Positions 1 through 11,721 of a DNA stretch of 64,000 nt are shown here, piece after piece; position 1 is the stretch's first letter; each line of letters opens with the position of its first letter. The stretch spans positions 434,001 to 498,000 of the forward strand of contig NW_026515671.1 of assembly GCF_025526975.1 (NCBI RefSeq), written 5' to 3'. Both the position numbers and the translations under genes were made by a program. The stretch comes from Fimicolochytrium jonesii. Its lineage: Eukaryota. The notes under the pieces were generated by a model, which did not search any database, was not told where the DNA came from, and saw only the letters and a program-made list of their open reading frames with translations.

Positions 1-990
1 GCATATCCGGGAGATGGGTGAGATGGCTTGCACATTGCAAAAAAATGACGTTGCGGCATGTCATAAGTATTCCGTGGGCAGCTCTAAAGGCAGCCTGAGC
101 TAGTGGCCAGCTCCAAAATCCAGATATGTGTTTGAACTTGTCACCGGAGAGCACCATATTATACCCAGACAGTGTGGGAGATAGATATCGTTAACTTTAA
201 GGGAGGAATTCGCCATATAAGCCCTGTAAGTGGGAACCATCGCCGATATCACGATCTCGATGAGCATGAAAAGAAAGCATTCTATGTACCCATCACGTGC
301 GCCAATGTGCAATTTACCGTGGGTGGGGTTTAAATGCTCCCAACACCGTGGTTTATTCCTTGGGTTATTCCATGTCATACAGTACATACTGTACATTTCC
401 TACATTCACCTACGTCCGAGTGCCCATTTCTGGTTTATTGCCGGTTTCGGACACGGCGAAGCTCAAGCAAGCACTTGCCATTAGAACTAGCTTGCCATTG
501 TTGTGTCGCTTTCATTTGCTTCACCAGGTCTCCGATCGTCCTCACCCGAACCGTCAAAGGGCAAGCGACAGTGCACCGTAGACCAATTGTGCGAGGAGCA
601 CCTCTCCATGAAGCAGTCAGCCATCATGTCCCCTAGATAGCATTCTCCTCCGCATCGATAAGCCGACGATATGGAGCACCTTTCACACAATGCCGGCGTT
701 GTTGAAGCCACGCCGTTGGATAGCATGTACTAGTAAGTGATGTACGGTACTTGGGTATGAATGAAATACGGATTTCCTGAGCGGAACGACATTTGCCTTT
801 ACCTGCTAATTCCCTCAGAGCTATAGATATGGAGGTTTTGACAGGCAGCTGTCGAATCTACCTGTGCACGTGAAGCTAATTCAATTTGAGTGGCGCAGCG
901 CAACACACGAATCGTTCCCCACTTTGAGCGAGAGATCACCATTTTGCGAATCCCAACAGAGGCCGGACGACATTCCATTGCACAGCCGCC

Positions 991-1998
991 ATGGTGAAGC
1001 TCAACTATGACGTCCTCAGTGTGGCGTCCTCTTTCATTAACGCCGTGCAAGATCGGGAGCTGAATCTCCGAGGTAGGTTCGGAGGGCGTAACGGGGGTGC
1101 GGAGGACTTTCCACTCACTTGGAGAGTACCCTATAAGGGCTCAGAAGGGGCAGGGATTTGCAAGGCTTTCCGATAGATTACTCACCATCCTCATATTCAT
1201 AGGCCTTAAGATACCACAAATAGAGAACTTAGCTATTACCAAGGTGCGTTTTCGGCTTCGGCGAATGCGAGTCGACGACCATATCTTACAGCGATCTTAC
1301 GACGATAGGACGGAAACGATGTGATCGATTTCACAGATAACGAGCTGCGACGATTAGATGGTTTCCCCTTGATGAAGCGATTGAAGGCCATACTAGCGAG
1401 CAACAATCGAATCGCAAGAGTCGATCTCGAGTTGGCAAAGCAACTACCCAACCTAAAAACCCTGATTATGGCGAACAACCTCATAGAGGAGCTGGGCGAC
1501 CTTGATCCACTGGCGAACCTAGAGCATTTGGAATGCTTGAGTCTGATGGACAACCCTGTTGCTACAAAAAAGTATTACAGGCAATATATCATCCATCGGT
1601 GCCCGAAAGTGAGGATACTGGACTTCCGAAAAGTCAAGGAAAAGGTGCGGGCCATCCTTGAACATACTGGCTGAAGTACGATGTTCTAACCAATCGATCA
1701 GGAGCGTCAAGAAGCCGCGTCGTTGTTTTCGGGGGCGGACGGCACCAAGCTCGCAGCCAGTTTATCTGCTACGAGTTCGAGGACATTCGAACCAGGGGAA
1801 GGACTGAAGAAAACACCCAAATTATACCAGGGGCCGTCCCCGGAGGAAGCGGCAAAGATTAGGGAAGCAATCAAAAACGCCAAGACGCTGGACGAAGTTA
1901 CACGATTGGAGAAGTTGCTGCAAACGGGGCAGGTTCCGGATGGCACCGCGCAGGCAACAAAACAGGATGATATGATGGAGGCCGAAGAAGAGGCGTAG
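991..1998 (+). CDS. LEA1: U2 snRNP A' protein (LRR), 4 exons
   Basis: Spliced: MVKLNYDVL..RELNLRG|LKIPQIENLAITK|DGNDVIDFTDNELRRLDGFPLMKRLKAILASNNRI..YRQYIIHRCPKVRILDFRKVK|..IKNAKTLDEVTRLEKLLQTG. GT-AG introns at about 1073-1202, 1244-1308 and 1645-1701. Confidence 0.95.
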
Positions 1999-2609
1999 GG
2001 AGATGGAATTCTAGTCGTTAGGGTCAGAAAGACCTCTTGGCAGAATGCGAGAAGGACGGCGATGCGCTTGGTGAGGTCGCTCAACAGCCGCCGACACAGT
2101 GGTCCTGTGTACAGCATTGTTGCCATCGGGCCACCCGAGCATAGGGTCGATGGCAGAGGTGTGGGCCGGCTAGGGGTCATGGAGACAGGAAAGGCCCACC
2201 ACGCTGTTGCTTGTATTTAGTTTTGTAACATAGGGAATAGCCGGAGCTTCGAATATCATGTATTCACAACTGCCTGCTACTTTATGGAACCCGCTCTGCC
2301 CTGGGATGGAGATCAAAGTATACTCGAGACTGAGAATGGCGCCAATGCTCACGTCGCAGCACATTGCAGTAGTTGGAAAATTGATTACTTTCCTGATAAA
2401 ACCGAGGAAGGATGTACAAAATACGCAATACAATAATCCTCTCACGCTTCACATCGCCCCAACCCCTCCACGAGCATGCTTATAAAGTACATAGATACAC
2501 CGAAATCGTCCCTTGCCGCGATAAATACAGTAGAAAAGTTGAAGGTGAAAGAAAAAGGAAAACGCCGTGAGGTTTTCAAAATGGAGATTGTGATACCAGG
2601 TCCCGCGTC

Positions 2610-3788
2610 TCAATTCCCAGCGACAACACAAAGCTTCGCAAGATATTGACCGCCGATCGGCGCTTGTTGCACGGTCTCGTTGAACGTGAATTGGAACGTC
2701 GCGAACCCGCTGGCGGAGAAGAAATGTCCGGTTGTGCCAATGATAGACAATGGGCCTTGCACGTCGGCGGTGGTTGGGTTGAAAATGCCCGCGAGTTGAA
2801 AGGTACCAAGATTGCCGAAGGTGTAATCGGCGGAACAGTAGTTGGCTCCGTCGTCTTGTTTGAGATCCGTGCAAGTTCTGGATGGCAAGATGTCTGTTAG
2901 GAAAGTCCAAACATTGTACCCCATTGTACATGTCAATCAAAGAATCAATACATACCCTCGTGAAATGCCGGTTGTAGTTCCGTTCACGACCAGGGAGCTC
3001 TCGAACGTCGTCCCAACGGCAGTAGGAGTGTTATTCTGGAAGATTTCGTTGAAGGCGAAGTCCTCCGCGACAAGTCCAGCCGCGCAAGAGGGACCGCTAG
3101 GGACCGCCGTCGGGGACGGTGTTTCCGTCGTATCGCACGGCGGGAGTGTGACATCCGTCCACGTGGGTGTAGGCTCTTCTGTGGTTGTGTCGCAAGGAGG
3201 GTCTTGAGTAGGGGTGGTGTGTGAGATAGAAGTAGTCGTGTCATCACACGGTGGGTCTTCGGTCGTCGTTGTGCATGGGCAAGATGTGGCATAGACAGTG
3301 GTCCAGCAGTCAGTTGAGGTTGGGGCATCCGTAGTCGTCCAAATTGGTATGCTGTCCGTGCTGCTTGCAAGTGAGACGATCGAAATATCTGCTACGGATG
3401 TGTGAACGCCCGCGATTGATGTAGCGGATGCCCAGACGTTTGAGCTGCTTTCATATGAAGTGGCCACCCACGAAGTGGACGCTGTAGAGCTTGCGAGAGT
3501 AGTGAGGGATGCCGTGTCGGTCGGGCAGTAGAAGATGGTAGTTGTTTGGCATGCCGCCGTAGTAGTCATGCTGTCGCAAGGAGGATCGGACGTCCACTGG
3601 CCAGCTGTATCAGACGTTGCGGTGGTGAAAGTGACGGTTGTCGGCGAGGTCCACATCGATCGCTTCGCAAGAGCAGCGGGTGCAGGGACAGCACGGACAC
3701 CAGATATTGTCAGACTGCAGAGTAGCGACAGCCGGATGGCGAACTGGGGACTGCGACAGCCGAGCTTGCTTGGCCGGGAAGTGTGCAT
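2610..3788 (-). CDS. Secreted Thr/Ser-rich protein with PPCD repeats and a C-terminal dirigent/allene-oxide-cyclase-like beta-barrel, 2 exons
   Basis: Signal-like RLSLLCSLTISGVRA, Thr-rich stalk, intron at about 2879-2955 joining GISRG-TCTDL, then YC..DYTFGNLGTFQLAG..LSIIGTTGHFFSASGFA. Confidence 0.7.
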
Positions 3789-4620
3789 GGCGAGGGGAAT
3801 GAATGGGAATATGCAGAAAGGGTTGAACTGAGACGATGAGACGATGAGATATCTGTTGCGTTTGCGAGCGAGATAACCGGCGTGAACTCTTGAAGCGAAA
3901 GGGCGGGCACTTGGTGGTTGCCTTTTTAACTGGGCGGGGTTTCGCACTTGCGGGCCCGATCGCAACGGAAAAAACTATGGATGCGCAGCGGGGTAACGGG
4001 GTCCGGTATTGCTCGTACAGCGTTTTGCACTCGATATTGCAACCGACAAACTGATTGAAGAGACTTGGGATGAAAGTTGTGACGATGTTCAGGCTCACCG
4101 CACGAACTGTTTGATTTGGCGCCTTGCCCCTTTCGCCGTTCATAAAACAAACTGCTCTTGACGTGCCACCGCCTCACGCACGCATTGCATATCCGTCCTG
4201 CCGTCGAGCGGAGGACAGTGATTAAAATCAGGGATGCTTTTATTGATTGCCGATGTTTGTCTGGGAGCACCCCTTGGGAACGGAAGCAATGCTCTTCTTT
4301 CCTGACGCGACCGACGCGTTTCCTTCGAAATAAGAAGCGACGCGTTCCCCTGAGACATCCCTCCGAACCCTGTCCGCCGCATGCCTTTACCGCGCCACGG
4401 CAGGCCAGACGGCTGGCCGGCTGTGCGCACATCGATTGAAGGTAGAATGAGCGCGGCGCTCGACAGAGATGCGGCAACCGACAATGGCAAACGAAACTCG
4501 AGCTGTCGGACATTTGCAAGCTAGATATCAAACCAAGTGCTTCCGCGCTCATTCTGAGCTTGCGACTCGGAAGACAGACACAATCTGATCGCACACGATG
4601 CAAACCAGTGACCAATTCGT

Positions 4621-6000
4621 ACACAATTTCAAGCAGACCACAGACATGGATTGCATAAAACATATGTGCAAGTAAACATTTACATGCTGACCCCATCAAG
4701 CCATGCCTCCCATCAATACAAATTTTTGACACTTTGCAGAGCCACATAAGCAGACAGTACCAGCAGCCTTTGAAACTTTCCCTTTGCTCCCTACTGCGGC
4801 ATTTCCAAAGTACGAGAAGGTCAGCTCCTCACCAGCTGTGACATCCCGTGTGGTGAAAAAAGCAAGGTCATGTATTTCCGCTGTTTGTGTGGTCAGAAAC
4901 ATGGCATAGCACGCCATGTTTGGATCACAGGAGTGGTTGAAAAACCGCGCAATGTTGCCAAACTTCTTTGCATCAATGACATAAGACATGCCACTGGTGG
5001 AGGATTCACCAAAGTAGTCCAGGCTGAAGAGGAAAGCGCCATCACATGTTTGGGCCTGCCAATCAGCCAGTTTGCTGGGCATCATTTCCCCTGCATACTA
5101 AACACATTAAGGTTAGAATGTTCAGGATCTCATGCTGCCTACATTGACGCAGGAACTTACCTTGGATACAAAAGTTCCCTGTGGTATATTTTCCAGTGCC
5201 CTGACACCCCATCCCTTCTGTCCCCCACAGCGAAATATCTGCAAGGCAACCTTTCTGCCGTGCTGTGCCACCTTCATTCCACAGTTCTTAGCACAAGAGC
5301 AATTAGGGTTGCACTCATACACAACACCTTGCTCTGGACGATGCTGCATATGGCCAGAAGCATCATATGGGGCCTGTGATTCCACACATTCCAAGATGCA
5401 TTGGCAGGCATATTCCCCACTGTTAAAGTCCAAAACGAGTTATATACCACATCAGGACACATACCCACTTCCCTAGTCTACAGCAACAACCACACTTACC
5501 TCATCATGCAATTGCCCACACAAGAGCAGCCAGCAAGTGCCTCTGAGCTGGGAGGTGGCATTGCTGAATACTGATACCCCTCCAGCCACTGGAACCCATC
5601 TGGGGGCCCCTCAGCATCTGTATCATTGTACACTGATGTACAATACTCCGCTGTGGCAAGTAGGCATGACCACTCATCTCGGTGTGGCGTATTGATAGGT
5701 GTATTGAGGAGGATTGGGATTTTGAGAATGTCCGCAGCGGAGGGTGCCAGCCAGATGGTGGGCATGGATGCAGAAGAGGTTGTCTTGGGGATGCTTGGTT
5801 TCCCTTTGTTGATGGGTCTTTTTATTGTTTTGCTGATGGCTCTTTTGATTGTTGTGGGATGAAGGGCACTCCTTTCCTGTGCATGAAATTTCTTGAGAAG
5901 TGCTGGGCAGTTCAGGTGGGCTGCAGGCTCCCAAGTCATTTCTTTGAAGCCCACCCACTTGACAAGATAGAGGTTTTGATCCTGTCCACAGATGGATTCA
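4621..6000. other. CpG-depleted, TpG/CpA-rich island inside the clr4 gene body
   Basis: Hand count gives about 18 CG in 1380 bp, against about 29 CG in 6121-6480 (exon 1 of the same gene) and 5 in 4561-4620. Confidence 0.85.
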
Positions 6001-6538
6001 ACCTGCGTAGATGCAGAACATTGAAGGAGATCGAAAATGGTATGGTGAATATGGAAACGAGATGGCTACGTGATGTTTTCGGGAAAAGAAATTGGCGATG
6101 GTAACATACATCCCACTCTGTCTCCTCAGTCTCGTCAAGCTCCGGGTTGCCTTTGCCACGCTGATTCTGCTTCGGCTGTTGGAGTATCTTAGTTGACGCT
6201 CCGCGCTTTCTGAGTGGCCTTCCATTGGGGTCGTCGCTGAAAGGGGTCGCCGGTGCCGATGAGCTTTCGGAAGCAGCACTCCCAGTCTCGCCTTGACCCT
6301 TCCTGCGTCTCTTAGAATCTCGTTCATCAAGCAAACCGGGTTTCGGTTGCTCAGCTCGCTTTCTGACGCCCCTCGTTTGACGCGGTTCCTCCGAGTTCGA
6401 AGCTTCAGGAATTTCCGCTCCCAAGGTTTCCAGATCCATATCCTCCGTGTCGCTTGCTCCCTGTGCCTCGCTTGTCCCCATACAATCTGAAAGCATTTGA
6501 ATGTCTACTTCCGTCTGCTGGAAGGGGTATCGCTGCAT
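4696..6538 (-). CDS. clr4: Clr4/Su(var)3-9-family H3K9 methyltransferase (chromodomain, pre-SET, SET, post-SET), 4 exons; start codon uncertain (6538, 6496 or 6481)
   Basis: Chromodomain EWD|VESICGQDQNLYLVKWVGFKEMTWEPAAHLNCPALLKKF; pre-SET CSCVGNC..CQC..YECNPNCSCAKNC; SET KGWGVRA..GTFVSK|YAGE, IDAKKFGNIARFFNHSCDPN, GEELTFSY; post-SET CLCGSAKC. Introns at about 6110-6003, 5499-5421 and 5160-5100. Confidence 0.93.
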
Positions 6539-7245
6539 GGATCTACTTTCCAGCGGTTTTGAATTCCATATGATCAGCGACCGTACCCGTGCTGTTCTCC
6601 GGAGAAGGCAGTAAAGCTTCAAGCAATGGGCTGTAAGACTCGGCCAAGTGGGCGTATTGTCTCCTCTCTGAATAGGGCCGTAGAGTCGGTGATAAAGAGA
6701 TGCCTACGAAAAGTGGCGGTGGGGTTTACGGTCCTCCAGGCTGAAGCGAAAAGTTGCGTTTTAGCCTTTGGACGAGCTGAGAGAGAAAAAGAGAAACAAA
6801 CAAAATTATACCTACACTGCGTTGCCTTGTGCGTCTCTTTCGTTCTTCCGATCCCGTCTGCTGTGTAAGTGTTGTGCAGTGTGGGAGTGTCGGTCGGATG
6901 TGCGGATGAGAGACAAGGCTGGGAAAGTCGGAGCCGGCGGCGCGGAGGTGCAAGTTTGGCGACTTGTGGCCTTCTGACAGTGCCTTCATGACATGCTGCG
7001 ACTCGGAAAGTTTCCGGGAGGGTCCCGTCTTCGTTTGGTTATATACAACGACCCTGAGACTTGACCACTACGTAGTTCGTTGCTGTATTTAGGCAAGCTC
7101 CTCTTGCTACTTCCAAGCTCCTCCCAACTTGCGCCACCTAAATCATTGAGACTGGCCGCTCCATAAAAGTCCATCGGCGAGACGAGGAGCCCTGAATCAA
7201 CCACAGTCTCACACCAACAAGTCCCGCACCCAGGGCAAAGCAAAT
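6539..7245. promoter_or_regulatory. Putative bidirectional promoter shared by clr4 and KDM4
   Basis: Divergent start codons about 0.7 kb apart with no recognisable gene between them. Confidence 0.55.
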
Positions 7246-10200
7246 ATGGCTACGTTGGAAGCCTCATCAGGACCCGGCTATACGACCACCGAAAACGGCA
7301 ACGGGCCAGCGCCGCCACTGCCCAGTAGCTCCCCGGCCCCGAGCATTCCTTCGTCCCGTCCCCCAGCGGTAGAGACTGCAGACCCTCCACCGGTGGAGGC
7401 GCCAACCACAGCCGGCCCCGTCCCTCCTCCTGAATATGAATTTGACGAGGGCGGCGTGCCGGTCTTCCGGCCCACGACCGAACAGTTCGCCAACTTCGAG
7501 AAATTTATAAAGAGCATCGAAGGGATAGGCGCCGAGGCCGGCATCGTCAAAGTGGTGCCGCCAAAGGCTTGGAAGGACGCTCTACCGGACGTCCGGACGG
7601 CATTAGCCTCTCTCAAAATCAAAAAAGCGATGAAGCAGTCGATCAGCGGGGGCAGCCTCCCCAGCGGCTGCTTCTTTCAAATGAATGAAGACCACTGTAG
7701 AACGTACACAGTTCAGGAATGGTACGAGGCCTCGCAATCAGGGCAGTATCAGGCTCCCCGCTTTAACGAGGAAGGAAGGGCCGTATTTGACCCTCTACGA
7801 ACGAAGAGGAGGCCCACAAAGGACATCAGCGACGTCCATGACCCTGTGGCTCGGGTGGCTCCCGAGCTCGCAATGAACCCAATTGGCGAGGGTTCAGCAA
7901 TGCAACCGCAGTGCAATTCCTCAATAACTTTCGATCTGGAGGAGACGTCAAGCGGGTTCGACAAGGACCATTGCTCCAGGTTGGAGCGCCACTATTGGCG
8001 CAACGTCACGTTCGCCGCGCCCCTGTACGGCGCGGACATGCTCGGGTCGCTTTTCGACCACCCAACCATTGAAGAAGCCGCACGAGACATTCCTTGGAAT
8101 TTGACTCGCCTGCCAAACTTACTCAACCGCGTGAACCTGAAGCTACCAGGGGTTAACCTCCCATACTTGTACTTTGGCATGTGGAAATCGACATTCGCTT
8201 GGCACGTTGAAGACATGGACCTATACTCGATAAATTACATCCATTTCGGCGCTCCGAAGCAGTGGTATGTTATCCCTCAAGAAAGCCGCGGACGATTCGA
8301 GACCGCCATGCAGTCGAATTTTCGGAACGATCATGCAAAGTGCAATCAGTTCCTGCGCCATAAAAGCAGTATATGCTCCCCCAAGGTTCTTGAAAGAAAG
8401 GGAATCAAAGTAAACCGTGTGGTCCAGCACGCCGGCGAGTTCATGATCACATTCCCCTTCGGATACCACCAGGGATATAACATGGGGTTCAACTGCGCCG
8501 AGTCTGTCAACTTCGCCACGGACTCGTGGATTCCTATCGGAAAACAGGCGACGTTCTGTCCCTGTGTCCCAGATAGTGTCCGACTCGATGTTAGCGCGTT
8601 GTTCGACCCTCCGGTCGTGAGGAAAATCAAGCTCGTTGTTCCCAACGGGCCATCGCCGAATAAGCGAGAACGGGAGAACAGTGAAAACGGCGATTTTGAA
8701 ACCAACTCAACCGCACAAGCGAGGCCTGTCCTTGCACCAAAGAAGCGCCGGAAGGTCAAAGCGGCCACATCTTCCAATGTGCCGAATTCCAAAGATTCAA
8801 TGCCTGCGTCTGAGCGAGAGAAATCCCCTGTGCCTGCAATGAAATGTGTTTTGTGCCCTACGACATCTGGTCTCCTACTACCGACGGACAAACCAAATGT
8901 TTGGGCCCACAGGTCGTGTGCTACCTTCATCCCTGGTAAGTCATCTATTATCTTCGGCTTCTGTCCGCATTGGTATTAATCGGCTGTTCCCCTTTAGAAA
9001 CACGTGTTGAGGCGCATCCGATGGATGCAGGCTTAGAGATCGTTATAGGTATTGACGCCATAGCTAAAGCTCGATGGCGTTTGGTAAGATACCGCTGCCC
9101 TCCAGTGCACATCTTGACAGCGCATATGTTCTTATACCTTCGTTTGCCTTTCATTTTCATAGAAATGTGCGATCTGTCGAGTTAAGGGGCTCAAGCTCCC
9201 AAAGTCAGGACTTGGCGCATGCATTCAATGCGCGAAGGTACGCATCTCATGTGAGGATTACTTCTAACCGGGCTACCTTTCTTATCCATTTGCCCGTTGC
9301 GTTACCAGGGTCGCTGCGTCGTTGCCTACCATGTAACATGCGCCATGGAAGCAGACCAGATATATACTAACGATGCGCAGGAAAACCCGCACTGCTTCTG
9401 GTAAGTATCCCTTACGTTATTGTCTTATACTGCACATTCACTCCAACGGCTCATGCTCCATAGCACCCAACATAATCCGGAAAGACAATTCGCGAAACAA
9501 ACTGAGAAGTTCCAGTTGTTGGAAGAGGCAGCGAGGAACTTCACGCCAGGTCTACCTGTTTCTGCCAGATCGTAAGTACCGATAGCAGCCTCTCCGCACT
9601 GTCCTGCTTCCCCGTTTATTCATCGCTCCACCTACAGGGAAGGGCAATGGTATGACGGGCTGATAAGCGAAGTCGATCATCATAAACAAAGGTTCGTCAG
9701 CTTGGATGCCCACTTGTGCCTTTGAGGTCACCCACTTAACACTGGAAACCTAAACAGCTGCAGGATCGCCTTTGCGGACGGCACAAACCGTGTAATCAAA
9801 TGGAGCATGATCCAGCCGAGAAACTCCCACCCTCCATCAGCTCATCATTCGGTGCACCAGACGCCCTTGTCTTCGCCAGCGATGCCGCAACCTCTGATGC
9901 GGATGAAGGTCGAAAGCGTATCGTTTCCGGGATTTCATATCAAGCGCGAAACAATAGCGGAACCGATCTCTCCGATCAAGTCCCCACATGAGAAAATTCC
10001 AATGCTTCCCTCGAGCGTGGAGTCATCCATGGCGATGGAGGACGTGAGATTTAGCCCTTCCCGAGGGCAATACGGCCTCAGCACCGACCATGAAGCGTAC
10101 GACAACCTGACGAGAAGGCTGTCATTCCCCAACCATCCTATGAATCTGCCGCCCCCATCGCCGTCGCATGTACAGCGGGTGCCGACTGATCCATACCGAC

Positions 10201-10577
10201 ATAGCGCATCTTTCAACCTACCCACCCCGTCGCCGTCGCACGGGCATGTGCCGATGGACGCGTACCGGTACTATGGCTGGGGACACGCGAGAGGGTACCC
10301 GCCGGTGCCGCACAATGGTTATCCTGTCCATCCGACCCACATCGAGCGTCCGCACGAGCCTTGGCAACCTCATGCGGACCAATGGCAGCGTTCAGGTGAA
10401 CAGTGGCAACGTCCCGGAGAACACTTCCAGCCAGGGAATACGCTCCCTCCCATCAGCTGCCTGTTCCAGCAGTCGATCTACGACGGTTCTGCACCGATGA
10501 GCATGTCGGACAACTCCAGCGGGTTCCCGCCGTACCCGATATATACCCGAACTCAGCACTATCAACAAGCTATCTGA
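7246..10577 (+). CDS. KDM4: KDM4/JMJD2-family histone demethylase (JmjN, JmjC, extended PHD, Tudor-like, low-complexity tail), multi-exon
   Basis: JmjN VPVFRPTTEQFANFEKFI..GIVKVVPP; JmjC PYLYFGMWKSTFAWHVEDMDLYSINYIHFGAPKQWY..FLRHK..GYHQGYNMGFNCAESVNFA; PHD CVLCP..WAHRSCATFIP..CAIC..GACIQC..C..AYHVTCA; Tudor-like QWYDGLISEVD..CRIAFADG. Confidence 0.93.
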
Positions 10578-11056
10578 ATATCAACCGGCCTTTGAGCCCC
10601 GCAGCAACGCACACACTTGACAGCGATACAATAAGCGTTTCTGCCCTATATCGAGAATTTCGCACAACAGCAGCCCGCGGATCTTCATTTTTCCTTCTTG
10701 CGCTTTTCTTTCTTTCATTCCCTTCCTTGAAAGTGTATCAACATCTGGAAATCGTTGTGCTGCCCACATTTTTGGAAGTCCTACATGCTCTGAACACTTG
10801 TTGTGGAAATCTCCTGTTATCAACAAAAATTGATTTCTCGTATTCCCCATTTCTGCTATCGTAATGACTTGGCGCCTTGCTGCTATTGACCATTAGCGGG
10901 TCACTATTTGATGTGGATTATTTACCGCAAAGAACCATTATGCTTGAGAATGCTCCAAAAAGCTGGAACTTGTTGTATTTCCACGGCGGCAACCGAATGG
11001 GCGATTGAACTCTTGTGGAAAGGACGCAATCGAAATCTTGTTCGATGGACGCTCAT

Positions 11057-11721
11057 TCATTCGCCTGGTGTCCATGTAGCCCCTGAACTATTCAACTCCC
11101 GCTGCACAGACTCGACTTTGTCTTTGATCGAGGACTCCTTGTCTGTCCTCGTTCCTGGTATTCCAGCATTTTTAGTATGGAGAGCACCCAATGCCGGTGT
11201 TTCCATGTTAAACCTACCTATCCTAACGGTAGTATGAACTCGTGGAGCGTTGTTCGGCGGTGCATGAAGCACTTCGTGACATCGTCTACACGAGGACCGA
11301 ACCATTAGTGTGATCCTCCATGCTTCCTGTGCGTACCCTGCCTGCACTCACTTGATTGTGTTCATCACGTCATCCCACTCTCCTTCTGCATACCCGAATG
11401 AAACATATATCCATGAGCTCCCGCATCCAGGTTTGCCTTCTTGTACCGCCGGTCAATGCAACACAATCGCCAACCAACCGATATTCGTCCCGCATGAGTG
11501 CATAGCATAGTTGACTTTCTTCTCCTTTGCGCTTTCCTGCAGCACGCGTTGCACTTGCGCGACGTACTTGGTCAGCTAAGCGTAGATCACCCCGGATGGA
11601 AAAAATATCAGCACCTGCTGTTTTGCTCTGGCGTGGGAGCTGCTTTTGACATTGGCCAGCTTACCGAGGACCCTACGCCTAAGGGTATGATGCAATAGTC
11701 GGCTACTACTTTCATGGCCAT
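11057..11721 (-). CDS. ECM15: UPF0045/thiamine-binding family protein, 5 exons
   Basis: Spliced: MKVVADYCIIPLGVGSS|LTKYVAQVQRVL..YAMHSCGTNI|EGEWDDVMNTIK|RCHEVLH..APRVHTTVRI|GTRTDKESSIKDKVESV. Confidence 0.88.

Noticed and set aside
1..900. Short ORFs and splice-like signals on the minus strand upstream of LEA1
   Set aside because: I could not assemble a recognisable protein. A divergent gene may exist but is unsupported.
3926..4747. 273-aa minus-strand ORF downstream of clr4
   Set aside because: Arg/Cys/Ser-rich with no motif; it lies over likely UTR and promoter DNA and is probably spurious.
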